Positions 28,649-42,610 of a DNA stretch of 64,000 bases are shown in pieces. The notes under the pieces are model-generated. The model did not search any database. It saw nothing but the letters and a program-made list of their open reading frames with translations, and was not told the DNA's origin. Source of the stretch: Octopus vulgaris (taxonomy: Eukaryota); assembly GCA_951406725.2 (NCBI GenBank), contig OX597822.1, positions 13,764,001 through 13,828,000 on the forward strand, read 5' to 3'. The translations under genes and the position numbers were made by a program. Position 1 is the first letter of the stretch; every line of letters begins with the position of its first letter.

Positions 28649-29200
28649 ATCTAGTTTCAGCTCAGGAGCTGTGGCACCGCCATCTGGTGCTGCTTCATAA
28701 TTTTACTTCACGAATGCTTTTTAGAAATTGACATTTGGTGCATGAGGGAGATTGATGCAGCTGCCCTCATCTGCCCTTCCTGCTGCGAAGTTGGATCATC
28801 TGGGACACTTCACAGTAAGTTGTCCAGCTTTATTTTGAAGACACCTACATCCACCCCATGCAGGTCTCTCAGGTCCTTCGGGTGGATATTGAAGAGCTGT
28901 GGTCCTCTGAAGGCCAGGCTATTGCAGTATCTTGTCCTATACCTTGATGGCAAAATTGGAGTCCTTGGCTCTATACAGTGGCGCCCAGTTCTAGTATTTG
29001 TGTAACTCTCGATGCCAAAGTTTGTGACAAGTCCTTCCAGGATCTTCCAGATGTATATTACGGCATATCTTTCTCGCCTACGCCCTAAGGAATAGAGTCT
29101 TAATCTCTTGAGTCTTCCCCAATAGCTTATATGCTGCATAGAGGCTATCTTCTTCGTGTAGCTTCGCTGGATTGCCTCAAGTTCTGAGATTAATTTGAAA
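28649..29200 (-). mobile_element. 5'-truncated CR1-like LINE (ORF2 C-terminus and 3' UTR)
   Basis: ORF 28810-29139 SYWGRLKRLRLYSLGRRRERYAVIYIWKILEGLV...FRGPQLFN resembles the post-RT region of CR1-clade ORF2. Confidence 0.8.
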
Positions 29201-29256
29201 CTCGCCTCTTATATATACATGCATATATATATATTTATATATATATATATATATAT

Positions 29257-29299
<43 letters not shown>

Positions 29300-29568
29300 A
29301 TTAGGAAAGGAAAAACATTGTAAATGTAGAGGAATCCAATTCAAATCCAAGTTGGTACAGAACCAATATAAATTGTACAAATTGTTGCGGAGTCTAATTA
29401 ATTCCAAAGACAAAGACGAAAAATTCTTCGTGAATTACAAATTAGATTCCTCATCAGGAATTAGATTCTGGTATGAATAATTGCGACGAACAAAAATATA
29501 TAAAGACCTTTCGTAGCCCAGACGTGAACAAATAAATGTAAGATAACAAGAACGCCAGATATGCAAAG

Positions 29569-29955
29569 CTATGTGTGGTAAGTAGCCTGCTTACCAACCA
29601 CATGGTTCTGGGTTCCGTCCCATGCGTGGCACCTTGGACAAGTGTCTTCTACTATAGCCTCGGGCAAACCAAAGCCTTGTGAGTGGATTTGGTAGATGGA
29701 AACTGAAAGAAACCCGTCCTATATATGTATATGTGCGCATGAGGGTGTTTGTGTGTCTATGTTTGTCCCCACCCCCGCCATTGCTTGACAACCGATGGTA
29801 GAGTGTTTACGTCCCCGTAACTTAGCGGTTCGGCAAAAGAGATCGATAAAATATGTACTAGGCTTACAAAGAATAAGTCCTGGGGTCGATTTGTTCGAGT
29901 AAAGATGGTGCTTCAGCATGGCCGCAGTCAAACGACTGAAACATAAAAGAATAAC
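29569..29955 (+). mobile_element. SINE family B
   Basis: Head, internal microsatellite and tail cagcatggccgcagtcaaacgactgaaac. Confidence 0.9.
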
Positions 29956-29969
29956 ACAATAAAAGAATA

Positions 29970-30003
<34 letters not shown>

Positions 30004-30021
30004 CACAATATGTGAGCGCGT

Positions 30022-30195
30022 GTGTATCGTTGGCGATTTTCTTTCTCCGTCCTCCCTTCTTTGGACTTTTTCTATATTTCTGACGAAGAGCTCCGCTCGA
30101 AACGTGAATTCCTCTTTCTTTTCTTCCCGTTCCTGATCGTCGTAGAACACAGTACTTTGTTCCGTTGTTAGTTTTTCTTGCTTCTTCTTGTTTGG

Positions 30196-30200
<5 letters not shown>
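30022..30200 (+). mobile_element. Microsatellite-flanked element with a minimal hammerhead motif; homologous to 62263-62440
   Basis: CTGACGA-a-GAGC-tcc-GCTC-GAAAC-GT at 30080-30105. Confidence 0.6.
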
Positions 30201-30289
<89 letters not shown>

Positions 30290-31078
30290 ATGCTCGCAGC
30301 CTTATGTATTTATATCTCGTGTGTACATGTACATGATGATAGGTATCGTTATATTTAGCGAGTCATAGCAATGTGGCCGTGGCTATGTGGTCGAGAACTT
30401 AATTTCGGGTTCCATCTCACAGGAGAACACTTTGGACATGTGTCTTTCACGATAGCCTCTGTGCAAACCAATTCCTTTAATGGAAATTCTAAACGGAGAT
30501 GTGTCTGGATTCCAATCGGAGCAACCGTTCATCTTCTTGAAGTGGAAGACTTCAGCCGTCATCCAGTTTAACAGTTGCACCTATCCCTTGTTACCATTCC
30601 ACTGTTGCCAGCATTCATTACATTCAGGGCACAAGCCGGACAATTAATTCCTCCTTCCTCTCATGGTAACCCAGAGACGCCACTCAGCCGAGTTTAATCA
30701 ATGAATTCATTACAATGTCTGTGTGCGTATTTACGTCTTTGGGTATGTGTGTGTGTTTGTTTTAATTTCATGTGTATTGGTTTATATTTTTTAAATATAT
30801 TTTGTTTTCATTAGTCGTTAATTAACATCTAAATGATTGTGTAATTAACATAATTCTCATTCCGTTGAACTTCGTCGCAGATTGCTCCCGCGTCGCTGCT
30901 CTCAGGCTAACACGTAATGAGAAAGACACTCACACACACACACACACGTATCTTTGAGTATGCATACATGTATAGATGTAATGTACATTAGTAAATACAC
31001 GCACAAACATCCATGCACACGCATGCACACATAGATACATACCTATATACATACATATATAAACACACACACACATAT

Positions 31079-31350
31079 GGTGGTTGTCTACTCTTTATGC
31101 AAAGTTTGCCCACCTCTTGTACTTATATCATGGCGTCTGATGTGGTTTTTTAAACCAGACATTGTTTTGAAAAGACGCCCACATGGATTACATATCTGAT
31201 TTGGTCCATCAAGAGCTGCAGTTAAGTTCTGATCTTTGTCAATCTTAAAATGTCTTTTAAGGCCTCCGTTAGATTTGAAGACCTTATGGCATACACGGCG
31301 TTGAGAGGTGTGCAGAGTAGTTTGTAGCGGTTCGTTTTTCACGAGTCCGC
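31079..31350 (-). mobile_element. RTE-like LINE 3' end encoding two C2H2 zinc-finger remnants
   Basis: VCHKVFKSNGGLKRHFKI...ICNPCGRLFKTMSGLKNHIRRH then stop and microsatellite tail; abrupt 5' truncation. Confidence 0.6.
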
Positions 31351-31392
31351 AAATATGCATACAGATATACATACATAAATACATATATGATA

Positions 31393-31436
<44 letters not shown>

Positions 31437-31792
31437 TGTGTGTCTGTGTGTGTTTGTAAGTTGCGTGATCTTGTACGTTAGGCTCGGGTGCATAAATTCG
31501 TGGATTTTGAACCCTGGACCGAGCATCCGTAATCTGTTTCAGCAAGGCATTTTATTTCACATTGCTGCAGTTTACACAGTTGAAAATGTACATCAGTGCC
31601 GTGTCTGAGTAGCCCTTGACTCAATTTAGCTGTTGCATTTTGTATGTTGCGTAGCGTCAAGTATGGGAGAGAGATTGTCTATGTATACAGGAGCCGAAAA
31701 CTATTTGCGAGAGCATGGTACATGTTACAAATCATACACGCTTGTAAGTGAAGCTGGACACACACACACAAATACACACATGCACTCACTCA

Positions 31793-31844
<52 letters not shown>

Positions 31845-31847
<3 letters not shown>

Positions 31848-32060
31848 CGGTTCACTTATTGTGGTTCACCTATGTGGTATATTGTATAAGCTTACGTCGA
31901 TTCCTCTTTGGTGTTGTTTTGCATTTATAATAAAATAAATATATGCAAATTATAAAAGTAATGAAAAAAATACAGTGCTATACTGTTTCTACTTCGCGGA
32001 TTTTCACTTTTCGCGGAGGTTTTGGAGCGTAACACCCGCGATAGACGAGCGATTACAGTA
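31845..32060. mobile_element. Possible Tigger/pogo-like MITE remnant
   Basis: Subterminal tcgcgg repeats and an end resembling Tigger TIRs (cccgcgatagacgagcgattacagta). Confidence 0.4.
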
Positions 32061-32281
32061 TCTATGTCTGTGTTTCTGGGTGTTTGTATATTCTATAACT
32101 GCATTATTATTATTTCATCCGTAATTTCCATCCCACTATACCTCGTCTTTCCCATTTAGTCCTTGTTTGACCATCATCTCAGTGATATTTCCTATATCAC
32201 TGCAACAACTAGCAGTATTACGAAGTCGCGGTTTGCCGGTGTCTCCTGAAGTTAATATTTCAGCAAAATGTGGACGATATA

Positions 32282-32920
32282 TTCTTTTCTACTCTAGGCA
32301 CAAGACCCAACATTTTGAGGTAGGGGGTCAGTTGATTAGATCGCCCCCTTCCCCCAATACACTACTGGTACTTAATTTATCGGCCCCGAAAGGATGAAAG
32401 GCAAAGTCGGAATTTGAACTTAGAACGTAAAGACGAAATACCGCAAAACATTTCGCCCGGCCTGCTAACGTTTCTTATTTCTTTATTACCCACAAAGGGC
32501 TAAACATAGAGGGGACAAACAAGGACACAGGGATTAAGTCCGTTACATCGACCACTGTACATAACTGGTACTTAATTTATCGACCCTGAAAGGATGAAAG
32601 GCAAAGTCGACCTCAGCGAAATTTGAACTCACAACGTAACGGCAGACGAAATCCTGCTAAGCATTTCGCCCGTGGTGCTAACGTTTCTGCCAGCTCGCCG
32701 CCTTAAGTGGACATTATATTCTTTTCTACTCTAGACACAAGACCCGAAATGCTTGGGGAGGGGACCAGTCGATGACATCGATTCCAGTATGCAACTGGTA
32801 CTTAATTTATCGACCCTGAAAGGAGAAAGGTGAAGTCGACCTCGGCGGAATTTGAACTCAGAACGTAAAGACACGAAATATCCAAAAGCATTTCACCTGT
32901 TTTTGCCAGCTCGCCGCCTT
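32282..32920 (-). mobile_element. Tandem SINE family A copies (dimer 32282-32704, monomer 32718-32920)
   Basis: Two heads ctgccagctcgccgcctt; three ggtacttaatttatcg units. Confidence 0.88.
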
Positions 32921-33084
32921 AAGTAGACGATATATCAAATTAAATATGAGGGTGGATTTGTTTGACTTCACCCTTCAAGGTGGTGTCCCAGCATCGCCAC
33001 ACCCCAATGACAACGAATAAAAAAATAAAATAATAATAAGCGTTAAGAATATATAAGTCTTTACAGAATTGGTTATATAATGTG

Positions 33085-33445
33085 ATTATTCCTATTCTAG
33101 GCACAATGCGCAACTGGCACCTATTTTATCGACCCCGAAAGGATGAAAGGCAAAGTCGACCTCGGTGGAATTTGAACTCAGAACGTAGCGGCAGACGATA
33201 TACCGCTAAGCATTTCGCCCGGGCTGCTAACGATTCTGTCAGCTCGCCGCCTTTCGTTGTATAATATGATAAACTCAGAAGGCGGTGATATGACTGAAAT
33301 GTGCTATCTCGTCTGTCTTTACGTTCTGAATTCAAATTCCACCGAGGTCAATAAATTAAGTACCAGTTGCGTACTGGGATCAATCTAATCTAATCAACAG
33401 GCCCCTTCTCCCCAAAATTTCGGGCCTTGTACCAAGCGTAGAAAA
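33085..33445. mobile_element. Head-to-head SINE family A pair (33085-33253 minus, 33279-33445 plus)
   Basis: Family A motifs in opposite orientations. Confidence 0.8.
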
Positions 33446-33477
33446 AATATAATAAACTCAGTCGTAGTAAATCCAAA

Positions 33478-33760
33478 GTGAAGGCGCGCGGCTTAGAGGT
33501 TAGGGATTCGGCTCATGATCGTGAGGCCGTGTGTTCGATTCCCACTGACGTGTCATGTTTTTGAACAACACACTTTATTTCCCGTTGCTCCAGTCCACTC
33601 AGAGTTCTACGTGTAATTTCAAAAGGGCCAGCCTTGTCACATTCCGTGTGACATTGAATCTCCCTGAGAACTATGTTAAGGGTAAATGTGTCTGCAGCCT
33701 GATCTACCGCTTGCTCGTTACTTTCACGATCAACCGGAACCATCGTTGACGTAACCAGTG
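33478..33760 (+). mobile_element. SINE family C
   Basis: gtgaaggcgcgcggcttagaggttaggg...gttcgattccc...ttcaaaagggccagccttgtcacattc. Confidence 0.8.
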
Positions 33761-35177
33761 CTTGCCAGTGTTTAATATAATGAGCCCAGTTTCAGCAAAT
33801 ACGTACATTGTCTTTAATTGTCATATATTTTGTAAACCCAATAACTAGGTCAATGTAATTTCTTAGCAACTGAACAATATTATTGCCATTAGATGCTATT
33901 AAGTATGTAATTATGTACGCGGTTGTTTTTGTGATAGAAAATGTCAGTCTAATATTACTAGCGATTAGCCTGCATTTTACATACAGATCCATAATAACCT
34001 CAAGCAATCACTTTAAAAGTCAGCCTGAGGCTTATGAGTAGCAGGGAGCTTTGTTTATTTCTTACTTGTGTTAGTCAATTAGACTGCGGCCATGCTGGGG
34101 CACCACCTTGAAGTAGTTCAGTCAAGCGAACTGACCCCCAGGACACATTTTTTAAAGCTTGATACTTATTCTGACGATCTCTTTACCGAACCCCTAAGTT
34201 ACGGGGACATAAACACAGGTTTGAGACAAGCACACACACATATTGTAAAAGAAAACATACACCGAACGTGTTACGCAGTGGGACTGAACTCGGAACCATG
34301 TGACTGGGAAACAACCACACAGCCACGCCTGCGCCTGTTTATTTAATTTTGTTTTGTGTTTTAGCTATAGAAGTCCAACCATGTTATGAGAAGCATGCAG
34401 GAGAAGTTACTTGTTATTTTCTGTTTGTTTAATCAACCCTCATACTGGTTTAAAATATTAGGGTAACGGATAAGGAACAAGTCATTTACATCGACCCCCA
34501 GTGCTCAACTGGTACTTATTTGATCGAATCCCGAAAGATTGAAAGGCAAAATCAGCCTCGGCGAAATTTGAACACAGAATGCAAAGACCGAAGATATGTT
34601 GCGGTGCCTACATAATGCTAACCTAATTTTCAGTTTATAAAATTTCCAATTCTGTCCGGTATTTGCACACATTCTATCCTGTCTTCGATTGGGCAGCTAA
34701 AGAGAATCTGCCTAATTCTTTTATCACAGGCTTTACACATTCTGCACCTACTGCATTCTGCTTCTTTACAACCCTTTAACAATTTCTGGTACTAGACATC
34801 AAGAAACCTTCAATCCCACCCTTTTTGCGCTTTTTCTCCTAGGACTCATTATTTTTTCATAGACTCAATCTGTTCGGTATTTTTTTCGTTGTTTTTTTTT
34901 TTCTTTTCTATCTTTCAGTTGTTTCCAGTATTGGGCTGCAGCCATGTTGGCATACCGCCTTGAAGGGTTTAATCGACTCCCGTACTTATTTTAAAGTTTG
35001 GTTCTTACTATGTCGGCTTCTTTTGCCGATCTGAGTAGTTGCGGACGTAAACAAACCAACACCAATCATCAAGTGGTAGACGGGGGGACGAACACAAACA
35101 ACAAGGCACACAGACACTGATACGCACATACGCGCGCACTTACACATATACATACACATATACTTATTATATATATA

Positions 35178-35757
35178 TATAATCAAAATAAGCAACAAAG
35201 ATAGCGAAAGGTAGTGTAGTACAATCGTTTCATGCTACTTCATTTAATTAATTAATTAATTAATTGAAGTAGCATGAAACGATTGCACTACATTACCTTT
35301 GGATAAACTTGTTGCTTATTTTGATTATAATCACCCTATTTGATTTATATGGATAATACCACACCAAATTCTGGTGCCTTTAACCATATTCATCTGAATC
35401 TAAATTTTTGATGAACTTATATATATATATATATATAAAATGAGATAGGGGTTGAGAATTCAACCCACCATGGGATAATATATATCCAATATACTGCCAG
35501 ATAGGTACCCAACAAGACTAATACTATATAATAGTATTAGTCTTGTTGGGTATATATATAAGTTCAGCAAAAATTTAGATTCAGATGAATATGGTTAAAG
35601 GCACCAGAATTTGGTGTGGTATTATCCATATAAATCAAATAGGGTGATTATAATCAAAATAAGCAACAAGTTTATCCAAAGGTAATGTAGTGCAATCGTT
35701 TCATGCTACTTCAATTAATTAATTAATTAATTAAATGAAGTAGCATGAAACGATTGT
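35178..35757. repeat. Nested palindromes: 35178-35328; 35506-35552; and about 207-bp arms 35221-35427 / 35551-35757
   Basis: Direct reverse-complement reading; (TTAA)n at the centre of the first palindrome and of its mirror copy near 35715-35735. Confidence 0.92.
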
Positions 35758-35862
35758 GTAGCATTATGATGTATAAGTTTTTATATTTTACATTTTTATA
35801 TTTTTATATTTATATGTATATGGTTATATAATATTTTTCACAATTATAACAAATTTAATTTA

Positions 35863-35976
35863 ATTCTCTGAAGAGGCCGTGGGGCATCCTTGTTAATGCC
35901 TCATTTATACCTGCCTTTATGGCTTATAGGTTAAATGAGGTATGACTGCCCTCACTGCCGAAACAGCTGTCAGTTT
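35863..35976 (+). ncRNA. Putative type-I hammerhead ribozyme with intact core and long stem II
   Basis: CTGAAGA 35868-35874; stem II ggccgtggggca/tgccctcactgcc extended by cctcattta/taaatgagg; GAAAC-AGCT-GTC 35960-35971; stem I weak (ct/ag). Confidence 0.65.
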
Positions 35977-36940
35977 TGATTTAATTACATATTATATTTG
36001 AAATTTTTTACTTATATCTCTTTGTCTTTTTACTTTTACTATTACTGTATATTTTGAATGCCTTTACTCATATGTAATGGTGTATTAAAGTATTGATTGG
36101 GTATCATCGGATAGTTGATGTTTTATTGATTTAAGCATGTTTCTCCATTCTCTAATTTTGTAGTTATATATATATATATATTTATTTATTTATTTACGAA
36201 CCCAGACACATGTTTTGGGGAAGCAAGCTTCTTACCACACAATCACGCCTGCGCCTACATTTGTGGTAAATCAAATTTATCTCACATCTGAGATTGCTTG
36301 TTCTAACTGCAGTCACTTTTGTTTTCTATTTTGATGCATAATATCGGACATCTTGCTCTCAATATTAATTTCATGTGGCCACAATATTCCTTCCTGACCG
36401 TTTCTTTTGTCGGTATCGTACTTTGTCATTTAGTTCATTTATTCCTAAGTTTTTATATAATCCTGTTTCGTCTCATTCTCTTTGGCTTTTTATCTAACAT
36501 GATAGTCTTCTTAATGAATTTTCCTATCTTCACGGTTCCCTTGATGATATTTTTCCATTTAGATTTGCATATTAATTCCTAAAGTAAATTTGTGTGATGT
36601 CTGTGACAGCGTTTTTTGTTATCCATCAACTCCAGCGTATAACTTGAGGTCGTCCATTTACAAAAAAATAACTGATTGACGTCCAGTAGCATTTATGTTA
36701 AAGTCCAGCCTAGTTTAATATCTTGGTAATTTTTTTCTTTATTGATTACTGAGTCTGGTAAAATGTTGAGTGACACTTCTTCGGGTTCTTTCTTTACGTT
36801 CTGAATTCTAATAATACCGAAGTCGGATTTGCTTTTCAACCTTTCTTGGTCGATAAAATAAGTACTCGCTGAACACCGAGGTTGATGTAATCGACTTATC
36901 CCTTACACCGAAATTGCTGGCCTTGTGCCAAAATTTGAAA

Positions 36941-37025
<85 letters not shown>

Positions 37026-37084
37026 TATCATTATTATTATTATTATTATAATTATTATTATTACTATTATCATTATTATTATTA

Positions 37085-37143
<59 letters not shown>

Positions 37144-37200
37144 ATTATTATTATTACTATTATCATTATTATTATTATTATTATTATTGTCATTATTATT
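36941..37200. repeat. (ATT)n microsatellite, at the tail of a degenerate SINE A (36760-36940)
   Basis: Directly visible. Confidence 0.95.
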
Positions 37201-37250
37201 TGCGCACTACATCTATGACATTGCAATAACTTTCATTTTATATATTTCAG

Positions 37251-37276
37251 GTGAAATACTCAACATACATTTTCAG
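37251..37276 (+). other. Candidate 26-nt microexon of an unidentified host transcript
   Basis: Acceptor tttcattttatatatttcAG, exon gtgaaatactcaacatacattttcag, donor GTAAGA, in unique sequence. Confidence 0.45.
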
Positions 37277-37717
37277 GTAAGAGCTTCAAATTTTCATTTA
37301 TTATATGCGTACCTGAATGATTGGTTGTGTGTGTGAGTATGTGTGTGTACCTGTGTGTGTGTGCGTGTGCTGAAATATCAGTATGCGTTTACATAATTAC
37401 ATCGTTGTCTTCATTCTCTATTGTGCGTTTCATTCATTCTTTCGTCGTCTCGGTGTATATTTATGGAACAAATAACCAGAGATACACAAGAAGATAAATA
37501 CAGTTCTGTCCCTTTTATCGTGTAATTAAATTGGATGTGTCTGACTGTCCGTCAATCAGTCTCTCTATCAAAGCATCCATCTACACACGTGTGTGCGATA
37601 CACGCGTAATTATATGTTTATATGTTACGTGAACTTACGAATGTATATACATTTATTTATATATGTGTGTGTGTGTGTGTGATTATATGTATAAATATAT
37701 ATACTTACCTACCTACC

Positions 37718-37775
<58 letters not shown>

Positions 37776-37802
37776 TATGTATATATATAACACACACATA
37801 TG

Positions 37803-37876
<74 letters not shown>

Positions 37877-38522
37877 GAGAGAGAGAGGGAGAGAGAGATA
37901 CACTACACATCACAGCCTATATGTTTGTTATATACTACACTGCAAATATTTGTTGTGTGTGTGTAGGGGTGGGAATTTCAGGATGTCATTTAATCATGGA
38001 TTAGGATCTCATGAAATGAAAGGCACTAAGGTAGAGTCAGGGATGGCATAGTTGTGCACTAAGTAAGGTTCTCGTACTTACAAAAGCAAATATCGATTTG
38101 TCCTCCCAGTTAGCATACTTTCACAAGCATAGGCTAAATGTACAACGTATGCTTGCAGTTACACAGGCGTATACTCCGGCATGGAGTTCACGCTCCACTG
38201 TAGACTCTAGATCCAACGCAGCGTAGTTTCCAAGTGTGGTGTAATGTAAGTAATAACACAGATGGGCTGAGGCTCACTACAGCTGTTTCACACTAGTTTT
38301 TTTTATTGATGAACAAATGAAGTATATCATTTGAAAAGAAAAAACTTTTCTTGGGTGAATTAAGCATAAAATTTAAAATATGGAATTTTTCACGCAAATA
38401 CTATGTAATACATATTGATTCCCTTATTTCGGTGCCAGCTGAGAGACGAGGGTCGGCATGCATTAAGCAGTATTTGCAGAAATGTGTGTGTGTGTGAGTG
38501 CACATGGAGTGGCTGTGTGGCA

Positions 38523-38674
38523 TAGGCGCAGGAGTGGTTGATAGCTTGCTTACCAATCACATGGTTCCGGGTTCAGTCCCACTGCATGGCCCTTGGACAC
38601 GTGTCTTCTACTACAGACTCAGGCCAACCAAAACCTTTTGAGTGGATTTAGGAGACGGAAACAAAGACTCCCGT

Positions 38675-38677
<3 letters not shown>
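38523..38677 (+). mobile_element. SINE family B 5' half
   Basis: taggcgcaggagtgg...ggttcagtcccactgc...gagtggatttaggagacggaaac. Confidence 0.85.
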
Positions 38678-38738
<61 letters not shown>

Positions 38739-38848
38739 CACACACACACACACATATATATTTACGTAATACAACTATGATCAATAAAATGCCTGACAAC
38801 TGGAACATATTTTGCACGAATTGAACTGCTTAAATTTCATTGTGCGTT

Positions 38849-38899
<51 letters not shown>

Positions 38900-38932
38900 T
38901 TGTGCGTGAGTGTAACAGTATGCATGCATGCA

Positions 38933-38975
<43 letters not shown>

Positions 38976-39448
38976 ATGTATGCGTTAATATATGCTGTGA
39001 CACTCATCTTCTCTGTGATGAGAGTCGTAACATTTTACCATGATGTAAAAAAGATAATAAAAAGCCAACTAAACTCTGTAACTGTGAGTTCTTTCATGTT
39101 GCAAGTTACGACGATCTCTTGATCGAAACCTATGTGTATATAAATGTATGTGTGTATGTATATGTGTGTGTATGTTCATATGTACATATATATCAGCTAT
39201 CTATATACACATGTATGTTTCTCTCTATATATACATATACATATATATGTATATATATATATATATATATTACGGTGCCTATATGTGTCTGGAATAACAT
39301 TCTGCTTTGACTCAGAGTTTCACACTTAACACTTAACACTCTTCCCTATATTGAATCCTATTCCCATTATATGTAAATACATGTGCTGCACACACACATA
39401 AAGGCTTACATAAGTAAATGTAAGTGTATGCATGTATGTGTTTGTATG

Positions 39449-39518
<70 letters not shown>

Positions 39519-40205
39519 GTATTTATTTATTTATGTATGTACGTACGTATGTATGTGTGTATGTCTATTTGGATGCATGCATAGATGTGTTTCTCTACAG
39601 TTTCACAACACTCGCCTCGATGAATAGACGCACTATTACAGGAAATAAGAAATGAAAGAAAAAAATACAGTGACTTTGTAAAGTTTCTCACTTAATGTAC
39701 ATGTAATTCAGTATAGTTGGGGAATCGTTGCACTTGCTACATCATACGTCGCTTTAAAAAACGTAAACTAAATCAATTCACACTTATAAATTGGCAAGAT
39801 TTCCTATCATCAATTTATAATGTTTTATTTAACGTTTTTACATTTATCTAAATCATAGATTTCATTCAATTTTTTTTCTTTGTCAATTAAGACATCAGCT
39901 CTACACTATTCGGCAGGTTTTCGATGAATAAAAAATCTAGTCTCTGATTGTTTGTTTAGTTATACGTGTATGGCTACGCGTGCACGCATATGCTTGCATG
40001 TGTGTATGTAAAGCTTTCGCGTGTTAGATCTAGATGCAGAGAGCGAAGAGTATGTGCGTGTATGGGCGAGCGCGCGTGCGTATTATTTATAAAGACATTA
40101 TCAATGTTAATATCATATGTGTGTGTGTATGTATGTACACACACACATATATAAGTATATGTATAGGTAGATACTATTCTTGTTGTTGCTCAGTTGTTGC
40201 TGTTA

Positions 40206-40252
<47 letters not shown>

Positions 40253-40450
40253 CTTGTATTATATCACATGATATATATTCATGTTATAGTCATATATATC
40301 ATATATATCATATACATTATTATTATCATTATTATTATTATATAATGTATATGTGCTTATTTTTAAATTTATAGTACTTATATAAATTTTTATATACATA
40401 AATATACATGCATATATACATATACACACGTAATCATAATATATTTGTAC

Positions 40451-40500
<50 letters not shown>

Positions 40501-40944
40501 GTGTGTATGTATGTATGATTGTGCATGTGTGTCTACATACATATGGGTGCATGTATCCATGTATGTGCGTGTGAGTACCTACGTGTTCACACACACACAC
40601 ACACACAACATATATATATATATATATATATGCGTTATATTTAAAGCGAAAAGAATTGTGCGATAAAACCCATACAATAATGAAAACATGACTTTTGAGA
40701 TTTTCAAAGAAATGAAAAAATATCAAATATTCTATATTTGAGACTTCGGAAAAAATTCAACATTTTTTTCTCCTCTATATCTGATATTTTTTTATAGTGT
40801 TTGCAATGAACACATTTTAAATTGAAATCTCTTGTCATATATACAATTTATCTTATGATATTGAGAAGTTTATATATGTGTGCATGTCTATAAATATATA
40901 TGTATACATTCATAATTATATACATGCATGTATATATTTATAAT

Positions 40945-40977
<33 letters not shown>

Positions 40978-41085
40978 TTGTGTGTATGAATATATATGCC
41001 TATCCTCACATTTATATATATATATATATGTACAGATGTATGTAGATACATCTATCTATCTATATATATGCATGCATATATATAG

Positions 41086-41116
<31 letters not shown>

Positions 41117-41517
41117 CTTGTGTGTGTGTGTGTGTGTGTGTGTGTGCTCGCATACAAACGCATTTATTGTCGCATATATGTACATGTAAATAAATACATA
41201 CGTATATTCGCATGTGTATACCTGTTTGTACTTATATGCACACGTATATACACTCGCATACTCACACGCACACAAACTCACTCTCTCTCCCACATATACA
41301 CACACACACACGCACAGCTACATGTTCTTTCAGCCTTAAGCCCTTTCATATAGTAACAGGGTAAGTGGCTGTGCTGATGACGCTGGTCGAGGTGAGAGGA
41401 AAGCGTACCTCGACGATGGCAATGATAACGATCATTATGTTAATAATTATAACGATGATAATGATATTCTGTACCATAATAGGAAAATTAAGTAGGAAAT
41501 ATATATATGATCGTGTC

Positions 41518-41595
<78 letters not shown>

Positions 41596-42610
41596 CGCGT
41601 GCGTGCGTGCAAAACACAGCATGCATAAGAATGTTTGAATACGCATTTCCTGTTTGGTGTGTTGAAATGTAACTACTGAAATATATATTTAGTGTTGGTT
41701 GTTATGGTTTTATTTTTTGCCATTGTTACATTTGATAAAATCGTATAGAAAAACCTATCGTATAACAGCATAACACCCCCCCCCAAAAAAAAGAGGAAAA
41801 ATTCCAAGCGTTTGGAAATAAACAATAAACATTTAAGCATATGTGCATACACTTCATTGCCCATATGACAGTTGCTAACATCATTATGTCAATATCGGTT
41901 TATTTAAGAAGCTTTTAAGAATTTCAGAAATGCCTAACAACCCGAAAATGCATATCAGAAAGGGATGAAAAAAAGGAGTATATTTATAAACAGTTCATTA
42001 ATGCTTACTAAGGAAAGAGATTAGCCCGCCAAAATAAATGTAAGGTTGCTTGTTTTGAGGAGGGAAGGAAGCAAATAGTCTGGCATAAACATATTAGTCC
42101 TCAGAAGCATAATTCTACGTGGTTGCTCAACCTTCTTGAAATAGTTAGGTTTAGTCGTTTGTCCCTCAAACCGCATTGTATGTTCTTCCTAAAGTAAGGA
42201 AAAAGAGTCACTGGGCAATGTAGCCATGCTAGAGGAATCACTCGCTATCGAAGGTGATTTTGTAGCATCAGCAAGAGCCATGGTTTCGGTTACGGTTTTA
42301 AATGCCTATCTTGTCAATAGCAAACACAGGCATCTTCTCGATCCTTCCATTGTTGATCCTGGGTAATGGTTATGTGAGAGAAGGCTGCATGAACGGTGGT
42401 TTGTTACTTTATTTGTCGATCTCGAAAATATGAAAGGCAAACATGACATCGGCTGGACCTAAAATTATATCGCTAAGAGCCGGAACAAACAACGTAAGGC
42501 ATTTTACTCCTACGCTTTTACGATTCTGTGCATTGGCCACCCTTATCCCGAAAATGTCCCCATGGTCTTGTGTGGACACTTTGGATAATGCAATCTTTGA
42601 TACACTTGTA

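Larger units (their letters stand above)
34905..36257 (-). mobile_element. Degenerate SINE family B apparently split by the palindromic cluster (3' half 34905-35160, head 36196-36257)
   Basis: Both halves are on the minus strand and in the correct order around the insert. Confidence 0.6.

Noticed and set aside
29425-29460. Minus-strand CTGATGA-g-gaat...attc-acgaag hammerhead-like stub
   Set aside because: GAAA and stem I not intact; kept only as a possible eroded member
31088-31345. Host C2H2 zinc-finger gene (a family expanded in octopus)
   Set aside because: No TGEKP linker or finger array, first finger degenerate, microsatellite tail; fits an RTE LINE C-terminus better
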